Assembly: GCF_036321535.1 (NCBI RefSeq)
Contig: NC_087437.1
Location: 75,890,001-75,954,000 of the forward strand
DNA from: Camelus dromedarius
Taxonomy: Eukaryota
DNA: 64,000 bases
Direction of reading: 5' to 3'
Under the pieces are notes generated by a model. That model saw nothing but the letters and a program-made list of their open reading frames with translations. It was not told where the DNA came from and made no database searches. The position numbers and the translations under genes are program-made. This document shows positions 49,001-62,509 of the stretch, one piece after another; position 1 is the stretch's first letter; every line of letters begins with the position of its first letter.

Positions 49001-49419
49001 GCTTTCTTAACTACAGAGAAGCCAGAAAAAACATCTTGGATCTTGTTCCATATTCCTACCCACCAGTCTCCCTGTCCCAGCTATGCTAAGTCCTCAGGGC
49101 TCTAAAATTAAGCTCAGGAGTCTTAAGAGGATCACATGAAACTAGCAAAACTTTAAGCTTGCTGGTTTTAAGGTTTGCATCTGGTATGGTAAAGACAGGA
49201 GAAGAAAAAAGTTCCATGCTCTAGAATATTTTCTGACCTTGATACCTTCTAGCCAGCTTGCATTCCAATTCAAGATCTGTTTCTTTATATCAAAAGTAGC
49301 ATCTTTTACTGGTGATAGGAGGTCTGGGGTGAATACTATAGACCTGGCCCAGGTTGCTCAGGGAGCTGGGCTTAGGGAGCAGGAGAAGAAGGGAGTCAGC
49401 TCTTACTACACTCCCAGTG

Positions 49420-50285
49420 GACAAGGAGCCCAAAGGGAATCATTTAAAATGCAAATGGTATCACATCACTCTCTTCCTTAAAAGCAGTCAGTGGCTCCCA
49501 TCACCTTTAGGTAAAGAGTCCCAGCTGGTTCTAGCCATAACACCCAAGACCCTTGATTTCTTTTGGGCCTCCTGTCTTCTGCTCCCCACGCACCTCCGGC
49601 CATGCATAAAGTTCAAGTTGCCCTCTTGGCTTGCAGTGCTCTTCCATGCCCTTTCCCAGTGAATTCCCATTTGTTCTTCAAGACCCAGATCAGGCCGCAA
49701 CTTCTCCAGAAAACCTTTCCAGACACCCCTCTTCTGGATGTGCTGTCCTTCCTGTGGTGCCTGCTGACACTTGGCTTGTGGAAGTATGCCACCTGCCACA
49801 CTCCAGCTGCATCTTCTGTCTCCCCTACCAGCTGGGAAGTCAGTCCTACATTTAACAGGTGGTTTTCATAAAGTTTTATAGTGTAGTGAGCCCTGGAATA
49901 GGATTTCCTGAGTCTGTAGTTCATCTCTGCCTCTCATGGGCTTTGAGAGTTTGGGTACACTGATTTACCCTCTCTGTCCTTCATTTTACTCATTTGTAAC
50001 ATTAAGTGAATAGTCGTACCCACATGGGTTGTTCTGATAATTAAATGATATGGCGTAATTAAGTGCTTAGCACAGTGTAGAGAGAAAGTCGTTAGCGTGT
50101 TCATTTATTTGCTTACTTTTTATGGTTTTTTCTTTCCCCTCTGGAATGGTAGCTCCGAGAGAGTAAGGAGCATATCTGGTTTGTTCACGGCTGTGTTCCC
50201 AGCACCTAGAACAAGACGCAGGAGCCCAGTGGGTAACTGTCGGCTATTTTGTTCAACAGTTGCATCGATGAACGACATGTGAGCG
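49420..50285 (+). mobile_element. L2 3' region with an inserted MIR (about 49880-50080)
   Basis: L2 'cagtggctcccatcacc', 'ttcttcaagacccagatcagg...cttctccagaaaacctttcc', 'tggtttgttcacggctgtgttcccagcacctagaaca'. MIR 'tttaccctctctgtccttcattttactcatttgtaa'. Confidence 0.7.
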
Positions 50286-51449
50286 AGTCAGAGTGTGTTC
50301 ACGCCACGGCAGGCCAGCCAGTCTCCTAAGGAAGTGGATGTACCGTGTTCTCCCAGCATGGTCCCTAGACACATTAGCTGCTCAACAAATATTGGTGCCT
50401 TGTGCTTCCTGTTGTCAGCTGCAATCTCTTGCCTGAGAATGAGACCTTTGGCAATATCCGCTCTGGAGTTTGATGACAGAGACAAATACGAGTACAAACA
50501 TCAGCAGTCCCAGTCTCTCAGGCGTGCACATGCACAGCCTTGCTGCTAACGATGACAGTCGTAACAACTATTTCAAAACAACTCAGGCAAAGCAAGTTCC
50601 TAGTTATCACTCGTATCTCTACAGATATTGGAATCCAAGTTTTTGCAGAGTTTATATCCTTCACCAGGAATTCATTTTTTTGTGGTCACTGACATTATCA
50701 TTTAACAAACGGGAACCTGACATTTTTAATATGAGAAATATATTGTGACTCTGTAGAAAAAATTTTAAGCATCTCAAGTAAGGAGAGCATCATGTAATAA
50801 GAAAATTTTTTTGATTTGACAGCTATTTTTTATAAATGGAGTTTGGGGGATGGTTAAATTCATCAGAGTATTTATTTTGGCTCAAGCTGGCCAGCAATGC
50901 AGTGTGCAGAGAATAAGGAGACGAGGCTTTATTTGTTCTAGACCAGGCTGTTCAGCGTGCCACACTCTGGCTGTGTGACTGACTTTAAACAATCACTGCA
51001 TTTCTCACTGCACATGCAGGGGCCACTGAGTACGTGGTCTCCAAGTCTTCCCAGCCCTATCCTTCTGGGTATTTTCAGCTGACGGTGCCCTAACGGCTCT
51101 ATAATGGGTGGAGCAATCGTGGGATGACGCCCTGATTTGACTCTATGCAAAACATAGTAAAGGATGAATAAGAGGTGGGGTGTGCCCTCAAACAGCTTAC
51201 CTATTCAATAATATTTAAGAATAATGGGGGTAGGTCGGACAGACTTTGAAACAAGGCAATTCTCTGCCCCATTACTTTGATTTTCTTTTAAATATACAAA
51301 TTTATTTGTTTTAAAGGATTATTTTTAAAAATCATGCTGAAGGAGTCATGAAACTTTTTTTGGTTATCGTAGGGAAGGGATACAAGAATGGTTGGTGGTG
51401 GGAGAAGATGATGATGGTAGGACGGGTTGAAGGGGCTGATAAGCACTGG

Positions 51450-51630
51450 TCTAGTGAAACACGATACAGGTGTCAGCTGTGTGATGTTGGGCACATTCCT
51501 TAGTCTCTCTCTCCCAGCTTCCCAGCCTCCTCATCTATGCCGTGAGCATAATACCCTTCCTCCCTACCTCACACACTTCTGGGGAAGAGCCCATTTTTAT
51601 CAAGTTCATGGAAATGCTTTGAAATGGTAA
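51450..51630 (+). mobile_element. MIR SINE
   Basis: 'agctgtgtgatgttgggcacattccttagtctctct...cctcatctat...ataatacc'. Confidence 0.6.
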
Positions 51631-54600
51631 ACTCTACAACTGTAAGTTTATTCATTCTAACTTCTACAAAATAGGGTATAAATAACACTATATGTGACAT
51701 GAACCTTGTTCATAATTCAGATGTACAAAGATGTAGTTTATTTCCTACCACTAAACTTAATGTCTGTTTCAGACCTGCAAACTTCATCTCAGTCAGTCCC
51801 GTACTTCTTTGCTACAGAGTTGAGTGTAAGTTCTGGGGCCTCACAGAGTACAAGGTGCGAGTAAGGTGGGGCTCTCCGGTGCCTGGTTTCGCATCTCCAC
51901 AGCCGCCTGCTGGGGCTTCCACGCATCCATCCGCAGCTGTTGATGCACACAGGTTGCCAGGGACATACAAAACCGTTCGTTCTATCCAGCTGGTGCCTTA
52001 TACCCCGTGCCTCTCTGCGCTGTGCCTGTGCCTCCTGGGCGACGCAGGAATGTTTCTCTGAGGCCAGGTAAGGACCCTCTTCCTCTGTTCATCTGAAGTC
52101 CCTCCCTAGGGTCTTCCTGTCCTTGAGTTCCATCAGCTCTCATCTGTCACCCAGATCTGAGGTTCTCTCAGACTCCTAGTTACTAACAGGAAGGAAACAT
52201 CTGTCTATGCTTTCTGGTCTCCTTACTGGTTCTGGGGAAATGCCTCCTGGGCCCCAGAGGAGTCTTCTTCCCTTCGAACCCCCTCTGATATTCTCCTTCC
52301 CGAGATCTGCTCTTTCCCTGGAGCTGTCATCATCCCCTCGGCCTCGGGTTTATCCTGCCGGTGCGCCCTCCCCGCCCCCGCCCAGTCCCAGCCTCCCTTG
52401 AGATGATGAGCACAGCGTAGCCCGGCTGCCTGAGGGGATGGAGACGGTGGGGGGAAATACTGGCTCAGAGACAGAAACGTCAGTTAACATTTTACAAGAC
52501 TTAAAATATTTTATAGAAGTTAATATCCCGCTATCGCTACCAACAGCAATAATGGATGTGTGTAAATAGAACTCGGTTAGTTGAGTTTGAGACAGTCCAT
52601 CCAGACAAAAAATAAATTGAAAGTTTCAGATAAGAAGGAAAGGAGAAAATAACACATGGTCTCTGCAACGTGGTTGCTTTTGAACTTACTAGAGTCACTG
52701 CGAGCAGCAGCGTTTTGTCACGTGACTTTCCTGCCTCTGTCCTGCCTCTACGCCCTTCTCTGACAGTCAGCAGCAGGAAGGAAGCACCTGTCTTGTGCCC
52801 TCAGGTGTTCAGGTGGCCCCTGGGTCAGTGTTCTTGGAGCCGGCATACGTTGTGCCCCAGTGGAGGGGCCGATAAGCCAGCCAGTGCCCTCCTCCTTCCA
52901 CCCCTGCCTCGCAGGGCTGCTCCAGCGCCTCCTCTCCTGCTAACCTGCCAGGCTGCATTTTCAATTACTGCCTTTGAAAAATGTCCAGGTGGACCTATTA
53001 AATCAATGAATGTGATGAGTCGAACACAAGGCAATGGCAATTGTGTGGCCTCCCTTGGGATAATGGGTGATACCATGGGGTGTTAAAAATCTGAGCCTGA
53101 AAATCATTGCTTTGAAGGAGAGGATAACTCAACCGTTTCTTCCATTAAAATGCATGAAATTTAAATAACATCCCTGTTCTTCTCGAAGCCCATCAACGTT
53201 CCCCTTTTTATGCATTGAAAAGTCTAAATATTTATTAGCTTCAATTTACAGAATTTATTATAGCTGCATTCAGCCAGGGTACAACACACATTTTAAAAAT
53301 ATATGGCACTTTAAAAATAGCATCATTTAAAAATAATTAGGAAATAATTGTTTTTATTTTAAAGAAACAAAGTACTTCTTAGCTTAATAAAATAACCAAA
53401 AAAAAGTGGTTCTTGCCCAAAGGCCCACAAACCAACAGGTACGCATTAGTTAGATCAGGTAGATACAACCAGCATCATTCCATGCAGACAAACCAGAGTT
53501 GTTCACATCTGAGGAATAACTAGCTGGACCAGTTTGTCAGAGGGAGCAGAGAAAGGCTCTCTAGAAAGTCTGCTTCTAGCCACGTTCCAGGCCATCTGGT
53601 TTTTCTCTTCCGTGAAGTCAGAACGCTGGCTTTGTGCACTGGTGGGAAGAGGTGAGGTCCCAGCCCAGACTGTCATCACCAGGAGGGTCACCTTTTAAGG
53701 TGGCTGGAGGTGATGTCAAGGATTGGGGGAAGAGGGGAGGGGAAACTTTGGCCGTGATCTCCGTAAGCCACTCCCCTCATTTTTGACACGTAGAGAGTTG
53801 GAATAGATACTGTCTCTGTCTTATCTACAGTGCTCTGACACCTAGCTTCAGCCTGTTCTCTGCACAGATTCCTTTAGAGATGTTCTGGAACTGCTTCTCT
53901 CCATGTTTCTTAATGGCCACTTCCCACAAAAACTGCTACTGACTAAGCAGATGCCCTGTCTTTCTTGCCTGTTCCCTTCATCATCATGCTTTGTTACCAA
54001 CTAACACAGTTTTTGGAGATAATATTAGGGGGAAAAAAGCCAACAAAGGAGTATAATTTGAAATCCCACCATGCAGAGAAAACCACTTTTCCTAGGGAAT
54101 ACAGACCTCTTCCAACTTACGCAATCAACTAGTTTTCAAAGGTCTTGAGTAAATCACATTTCACATACATTGAAATGCTTTAGATTTGCCTCCACTGCTT
54201 TTGTATCAGCACTAGCAGTGTTACCATTCCTTTTTAAACTTTTTTTTTCCAAGAAAAAGACAAGATTTTTAAAACTATTGAACCACCCGTGACTAGCCAC
54301 AAACTTTGTACTAAGGATGCTGCATTTTTCCTTTTATGCCTTGAAATAGACTGCTAGCCTCCGCCTTATCACCACTTTGCAGTTGCAATTAAAATGCAGT
54401 AAAGGAGAATGCTACAAACCCGAGGTGAAGAGCGGCTGACCCCTGAGATCCCACTGGGCAGCAGGTGGGGTCAGCGGGACCAGGTGGGGAGGCTGCTGTG
54501 GGCTGACTTGCACTCCCTGCTGCTTGCCTGCACACTGGGCTACTTTGTGTTGCACACTGGATGCAAGAACGTCCACGTCTCTAAAATTAAATCACACACT

Positions 54601-56220
54601 TAATGGAGCAATTTGCCTGAAACAACGTTGTGTCCGTTCTGTGTCCCATCACCTGGGGAACTTCAGTGTACTTATAGTTTCTTTAAAAAAACAATAAAAA
54701 TAAATCCAGAGTATACGTACCACTTTGTAACTCATTTTTTTGTTCGTAAATGCTTCATGTCCATAAATAAGCACAGGAGTCATAAAAAAAAGATTCCGTT
54801 ATATGCATCTATACCAATTTGTTTAAACAGTCTCCAGTTAGTGCACATTCGGGGTGTTTGCATTTGGGGCCGGTTCCCAGGGTCGTGTTCTTTGGCCTAC
54901 CTCCGGCTGCAGCCACAATGGCAATGGTGACGTGTCACAAGAGCTCAGACTCACCTGGTGCTGACAGCCCAGCTCCAGGCAGCATGGGCCCCTCCAGTGC
55001 TGAAGGAGCCTGGAAGCAGAGGAGAGAAGTTGTCCCCGTGACCCCAGGCAACCTGCAGCCAGTGGGGGACAGAGCTTCGAATAAATGCTGCAGCTGCCTG
55101 TCTTCCAGAGGAAAACTCCAGAGGCCTTCTGAGTGAGATCTGTGAGGGTGCAGTGGAGGGGAGGGGAGCCCCAGGAGCCAAAGCATCCACCTCATTATAT
55201 TCGTTTTTCCTTCTTGCCTACCCTCTCCCTCCTGCTTCTCAGGACCATCTCGAAATACCTGTATCAAGGCCAGTCTTGCTCACAGGCTCTGAGCTAAAAC
55301 AGGACTCTGAGAAACAGTGATGCATATATTGTCCTTAAATGTACATCTTGGCCATGGATCTAATTATTTCTTTAGGATAAACTCCTAGAAATGTACATTA
55401 TTGGATCAAATGGCATGGACTTTCAAAAGCAAGCTCAAACTACTGCTCTGTTTAACAGAGTTCCTAACTGTAAGGGGGTTGCTTTTATTTTATTTGCCTG
55501 TGCCTGTTTAATCCCAGAACTATCATGAAGCCGACACTTCCATCAAAAAGCAAAGTGTTAACACTAACTTTCTGTAGTCTTTTCAGCGAGCCTCTCCGGA
55601 GGCTCTGGAAATCCCTGCCTTTTGCTGCCCTAAAATCATGATGAATGGAATAATTGGAATGCACACCCACTGTCTCCCAAATAGACAGCTCATTTTATTG
55701 CTTGGTAGTTATTAAGAATGAGTAGTAATTTTGCTGCTGAAAAGACTACTTATGGGGAAAGTAAGAAATAAGAAAAACATTCACTCATAATTTAAGCCAC
55801 AAGGAAATAAAAACCACCACAAGATAAAATACCTGTCTCTCAGACAACTCGATCTTTATATCATAGTAGCAGCGGAACTCTTAATTATAGATAGTAAAGG
55901 CTCTGGATTTTATTTCTCATCCAGCATTCGTGGTAAGAGATGTGAAAGTAACTGCTCGGCGTCGTACTGAAGGAACTCTACAGGCAGGCACTCTGGGGGA
56001 CAGCAGAACCTTCTCCCTAGAGAGGGGACCGTGGAAAGACAGTGTCAGCGCCAAACTGGATAAGCCACAGCCTTTCCAAGAGGGGAACTGGTGAGCATAT
56101 GTTTGCATGTATAATTTATACAAACACATATGCGATTATTTTTTAAAATAGCTCCACTATTCATAAACCATTTAAAGAGCCAATGTACCTTTCTGACATC
56201 GTTCAGGAAGTCTATTTTTA

Positions 56221-56357
56221 TTTATTTTTTTAGAATTTATTTTGGACAGAGAACAGTTTTATTTGACTTTTGAAGGCACGCAGCACACAGCATACCAGAT
56301 TCTAATGCATACTCCCTCCTTCTCTCTTCCCCATCTTCATGTCGAAATCCCAGGGCC
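56221..56357 (-). pseudogene. 5'-truncated retroposed RNA 3' end of unknown origin (L1-mediated)
   Basis: Perfect direct repeats tcaggaagtctattttta at 56203-56220 and 56358-56375. T-rich tail on the left. Two AATAAA signals on the minus strand. Target TTTTT/AA. Confidence 0.8.
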
Positions 56358-59300
56358 TCAGGAAGTCTATTTTTAAATGGTATATAAAATCTTTCTCTTG
56401 GCAGACTCTTGCAGGTTCTGCCCTCTTGAATGGTTTCCCTAAAAAGAAAAAGGAGGAAAAAAAAAAAAAAACAAACCTTCCTTGGCCGTGTTTGCCATCA
56501 ACATCAATAACTGCAGCGAGGCATTCTGACTGCTATTTATTCTCTCATAATTACTATCACCAAACATACATGATTACAGCCTTAGTAATTCTGTTGATTA
56601 TAAATAGCACTAACGCTGTAATACATCAGCAAAGACTGGCAGCATTGTGCAGACCTGGTCCATACACACGCGGAGAGTTGGACCTTTGAGGATTATAATG
56701 TAAACATCTCCCAGGACACGTTAGCCGCGCGTGGCCTCTCTTTCCAATGGCTCCAATAAAGGCTTTGTTTAAACAGCTCTATTGTTCTCCCTGCTCAGTG
56801 TCTCTGTGGTCTTCTCGGATGTCCTTCCCGCCATCTAGGCTGTGTATCGTATTCAAAAGATAATCCCTTGACAGTGTATGGACCTAGTACTGTCCTGGTT
56901 TCTTGCTAAGAGCAGGGGCATTGGGTTGTGAAAGCCACTACAGCCAATTCTATTTCCGTTTTAACAGTGATAGATCTTCCTTTTGTCAAGAAGTCTATTG
57001 AGTGAGTTCTTATAGCACCGAACCCTTCTCTGTTGCAGGTTTTTTTTATAATTATTTTTTGAAGGGGGAGGGCAAAGGGTACAATTGAGCCTTTATTCAA
57101 AACACCCACACATCACAGAGGGAATCTGCATTTACTGTGCAATTTTGGTTTTCAAAATTTTTGCACAGGGTCACCTGGGTAATGAGAATTCCCCTCTGGA
57201 ACAACATGTTTCCACCTTCCCTGAAGCACACTGCTCTCCAAGGGAGGGTGCTTTCATTCAAAACGGTGTGTGCTGAATGAAGCTGACATATTCCCTGTTG
57301 TCAGCTGTCTACCTGATTCTTGAGAGTACTTTTTTTTTTTTAACATAACCCTTCCTTTATTGAATCAGAACTAGAAAAATGTTTAATGCAATCGTAACAT
57401 TTTTTAACAAAGGAAGTCTGTTTTTGGCAATTCTCTGGTTCATGGCATGAATGTGTATGAGCCTGTCTATGTGTATAAAAATCTCCTCTGACTTATCTTA
57501 AGGTGAGTTTAAAAAAACTGGAAATGTATAAACTACTATCCTGCTAACTGAGACTACAGTTTGACACTTTACGATGTCATTTTTCTGCTCATATTCACAC
57601 ATGGTGGCCTCACATCCTGAAGTTTTCAAGGATAATCAAAATTCCAAATATTCTGTTCTGTTGTTAGATCATTTTTCCTGATTTGAAGGTACAGAAAAGA
57701 TGCCACCTCAGGTAAGAACTGAAGAATGGATAATTGTAAAACGTGATAAAGATACACAGACTGTAAGTAAGCCTCATCCAAAATCTTCAGTTCAAAATAG
57801 GTATCTGTTCTTCTTGGAAGCATTTTGAAGTAAATAAATCTTTTGATTGTCTCCTAAATTTACTTCAAATTAAATTTATGTCCTGCTTAAACTTCTAACC
57901 GTTCTGCAGCTATATGCAGACCCCAAATGGATGCAAATAATGAGGCATATTGGCAGCTAGCTGTCTTGTGTAGACCCAACTTAAAAGAAACAAGGGGTAG
58001 ATTTGTAGTATTGTCATTTTGTTTTGAAAGGAAAGCCAGCTCCACTCTACAGCTTACTTGTAGCATAAATTGATCTTTTTAACAAATAAAATCAATCTTC
58101 CTACCTTCCGTGACCCTGCCCCAAACAGAAAGAGACCCCGCCTCCAAGATTACTAAGCATTTTCTGAATAGCAACAGACTTCAGATTCTTGCATTAATTG
58201 TTAGAAATGTCAGGTAGAGAGAGTTTGACTGCATTTCCTTACACCTCCTGTAACTACGAAAAGGCTTTTGATGAGGCCCAGAGATCTGGATGAAAAGTAG
58301 AACACAACCAGTGACTCCAGTGGCTGCTGGGGTCACCAGGCCAAGGCAGTGAACTGGCTCTCATTTTGGATTTGCTCTGATTGAAGACCTCTCATGACTC
58401 AAAAGAGGGATGTATTACGTTGATTCCAATACTTCCAGAATATTTATATGTTCCTAGAGAGAAGAGAAAGGGGAAAAAAGCCTCTGGTGAGAGTCACACG
58501 GTGCTCACTTAATTTTGAATTTGAGGAGTGCTTGCTCTGTGTAGGGCTCGACTTCAAATCTGAATGACTATGAGAAGATTTGATTACAAATTTGAACACC
58601 CAAGAAGGCACAGCCTGCCCAGAAGGCAGACAGGTCAGGCTGCTTTTTCTTCACTGGTTTGATTCAATCCTCTGGCAGCTCAGATGTAACTTAAGGACGA
58701 TTAAACTTTAGAACAAGATGCCAGGAGGACTGTGAAATCTTCATCCCTAAAATTAAGAGTGACAATCACTTGGCTCAGATGGTTTATGAAGCCACCAGTT
58801 TGGGCTGGATTAGTGATTTCTAAACACTGGCCCCTGTCCCTGTGCCAGACCACTGTGAGAACACCATTCCTCAGTAAAATGAGAAAAGTGAGTGATAGGT
58901 CATGTTTTTCCATAAGTTAAATTTGTCCCATTTCAATTATAGATTATATCCATAGTATAACTCCCTTTGTCTGTAACACCATATTGCTGCTGGTAGCTGT
59001 AAATTCATTTTCCTGTGCCTTAGCTAGAAAAATAAAAAGTAATCCATCCTATATCAATCCCAATTTCTTTTTTAAAGTTTTAATGGGCCTTGAAATCCAA
59101 AATTCTGGGAACCACTGATCTAGATAATCTTCATTCAACAAACATTCATTCATCTGTCTGTTCTTATGTCATATGAGGGAAAAATAATAACTTTGTCCCA
59201 CAGGAGAATGAAAATAATAAAGTCAACTAACACTCATTGCATGAGACACCACACAAAGTGCTTTCCATACATTATTCTATTTAATTCTTGCCATGCCTTG

Positions 59301-60040
59301 CAGACAAAGATACTCAACCAAAAGCAGTGGAGGTGGGATTAACACCAGGTTACCTCTGGCATAGGATCCCATAATTGACCTTTTTTTTTTAATTAACCTC
59401 CTAAGAAAACAAACCATTAATGGTATTTCAGGGAGGTTAGCATGGTATCAGAGAAATACTTTAAAATACACTTCTTTGTATGAAATCAAAGCTTGAACTG
59501 TGGGATGGGTAGGGCATAGTGATAAAAAGAAACCAAAAAGAAAGAAAAGGTGGATGTTACAAGTATTAGTGGCATTTTTTCATATAGGAAACACCTCCGA
59601 TTAGTCAGTTTTCAATAATCAGAGACCATGTGTCCAGAAGGCCTGATCATCCTAGCTCAACAGTTCATTCAACCCTAGGCACTTCTGCTTCACAAGGTAT
59701 CTGCTTCTAGCTCCTTGATTCCTGTGAGCATTTCTGCATATGCTGCAGCACTAAACAAGGTGTGACCAGGAACTGGCATCTAGCTAATGGCGATGGCCAA
59801 TTGCAGAATTGCAAAAGTGACCATTTGCATTTGATTGAACCACTTAAACATTAACCCTATATTAAAAATCAGGAGTAGGGATGTGGGTGTATGCCAAAGC
59901 CATTTGCAACTACAACAAATCCTTAAGTCACTGAGCCCTAAACTAGGTGAGTTAAGTCATCATTTTGATGCTATTTTTCACAGGTCGAGTGAGATGTGCT
60001 AGGTGGGGTCTAGGATCCCTAGAAGATAATCAGTTAGTTG

Positions 60041-60415
60041 TTGCTATGGACTGAACTGTGTCCCTCTCACCCCCAAAATCATGTATTGGAGCTCTAATCC
60101 CCAGTGTGATAGTATTTGGGGCTGTAGACTTTGGGAAGTAATTAGGTTTAGATGAGTTCATGAGGGTGGGGTCCATGTGATGGGATTAGTGCCCTTATGA
60201 AAAGAAGAGATACCTCTCCACTGTGGAGAAGAGCTCTCTCCACTCTGTGAGGACACAGCAAGAAGGCAGCTTTCTGCAAGCCAGGAAGAGAGCTCTCACC
60301 ACAACCCAACCACTTGGCATCCTGATCTCAGACGTCCAGAACTATAAGAAAGTAAATCTCTGTTGTGTAAGCCACCCAGCCTACAGTGTTTTGTATCAGC
60401 AGCAGAGCTAAGACT
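60041..60415 (+). mobile_element. MLT1A-type MaLR solo LTR
   Basis: 'tgctatggactgaactgtgtccctc...aattaggtttagatgagttcatgagggtgggg...gatgggattagtgcccttat...tgttgtgtaagccacccagcct...gagctaagac'. Confidence 0.9.
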
Positions 60416-61099
60416 GCTGTCCTTAGGACTGTGAGTCAGTAACTCAACTGCAGTAGAAAGGAGTTGTAACTGGCACTTTTTGATTGAGGTTTGAAAAAGG
60501 AAAAGCAACCTGACTCCAAGATTCATGAGTCTTTGGAGAGGAGAGGGAAGAAAGGTCTGTATCCACCAGAGGTAGAGGCCTGACATGATTCTGACACAAT
60601 TCTGACACAGACAGCTGCAACCCCAGCAAGTCAGCAAGAGTGTCATCTCTGAACATCTCTGGCACGGAGAGAGTGCCAGGGCCATCGCAGAAAGCAGAGG
60701 CCAGGCCAGTGACGGCTCAGCCGGCTGTGATGGGGCGGCCTGCAGGGCCAGCTTTCAGGACAGCTCATGGACAGGAGGAAAAAGGCAGGAGTGGTGGCAG
60801 AGGACTTCCAGAGCATCCTACAACTAGATGGAGTGGACTCCTCGTGTGTCCTGCATAGTCTGCCACCCAAGACAATTCAGTGGAAGAGGAACACTCCAAA
60901 GGGAGAGAGTAGATTTGCTGACCATCTGGCACAGGGATTCCTAAGCCGATTTGTATTTTAATGGGAGAAATAGAGATGATATGTATCTGTCCTTGTACCC
61001 TTAGGTTACTGAGTTGTTACAATTGTCAGGTAGAAATAAAGGAAAAATGGCTTCTTTTTGTAGGAAAATCATCAGCTCTGGACTCAGGAAGGTCTCTTA

Positions 61100-61310
61100 G
61101 AGAGGCAGTACGGCATGGTGCTTAAGAGCATGGGCCCGGTACCATGTCACCTGGGTTGGAACCTCAGTCCTGCCAATTTACCAGCTGTGTAACCTTAAGC
61201 AAATTCCTTATCTTATGTGCCTCATCTGTTACATGGATATAATGACAGTACCTTCCTTCAGATGTTACAGTGAGTCTTAAGCATGAAGTATTCAGAACTA
61301 CACCTTGGAC
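61100..61310 (+). mobile_element. MIR SINE
   Basis: 'gagaggcagtacggcatggtgcttaagagcatgggc...ctgggttggaacctcagtcctgcca..taccagctgtgtaaccttaagcaaatt'. Confidence 0.85.
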
Positions 61311-62509
61311 AAAATTATTTCTTTGTATTATCAGTTCCAAACCTAATATTTTGTAGAACAGGTTACCAGGACTCAGAGGTAAATCCCTGAGGTCAAAAGC
61401 ACATTTGGTATCATTACTATCAGTAACATGTTAGGGGAACTCCCACATCCAGCTTTCCTAGGACTAAAAGCCCTGCATTCTAAGCAAACCAGGACGTTTG
61501 GTCACTCTCCAGGGATGGGATAAAGTCACATGGCGTGAGATCAGCTAAACAAGGTCCTAACCATCGGAGAGATTTTCTTCTGGAAGGGACCAATATAACC
61601 ACTGAAGCTGTAATGCCAAATCTAAGTGCCTGGTGTGAGACTCTGATAACTGTTAAGAAAGCATCTGTCAAGTTGTGTGCGACTATACAAAGCAAAGTTC
61701 CTCTAATAACGTGTTAGTTTGGTGGTCAGGAATTTTCCAGACAGGCTTTCTATCCTCTGAGGTATTCCAGCTGTGCAGATGTGGTCTGGTCTCATAAGCT
61801 GAGGGTCTGTGCTGATATTTACAGAATGGAGTTCTGAATAATAATCTAAGATTGCATTTGTAGAACATTTATCTCCAAGGAGCTTGGTGTTCTTGGCAGT
61901 CATTATTTAATTAATCCTCGCACTGTCTCTGTGCGACACAGAGCAGGCAGGTGTAATTATCTCTGTTTTGCAGATTATACGACTTGGAGTTATGCCTGGT
62001 TACAAGGTGCCTTGGAAAGAGATGTTTCACTCTGATAACAGGTTTGATTTGGTTCTCATTCTTTTTAGGGAGCCTTAGATTTGATGTGACTCTAGGGAAC
62101 CCTAAATGAACACCAAAAGTGTACTCTTTGCTGACAGTCCATCCCTCTTCACTTGTCACGTGGTACATTTGGTCACCATGTTGAGCAGCTTGTGTCCAAC
62201 AGGCAGGACACTCAGCCTCCAGAGGTCAGTCAACACAGTCCATTCCCTGCATGAAAAACACCCACGCTATGCCTTTGTGTACACTGTGAGATCTTTACTG
62301 ATTGATTAAATAATGGATTAATAATTGAGAAATGCCAAACAACTCAGCCCACACTCTCGCCTCGGGAGTAGTAAGTCCAAACAGGAGGGGATAAGAGAGG
62401 ATAAGAATTGATTTCCCCATCAGAAGAGAAGTGCTAAGAAGAACAAAATGGAATAATGGTCAACATGCACTGAATCCTTAAAGCAGACCAAGCATTTCAT
62501 ATGTATCAA

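Noticed and set aside
1020..60440. Recurrent AP-1 heptamers (tgactca/tgagtca)
   Set aside because: About a dozen in 64 kb is close to random expectation
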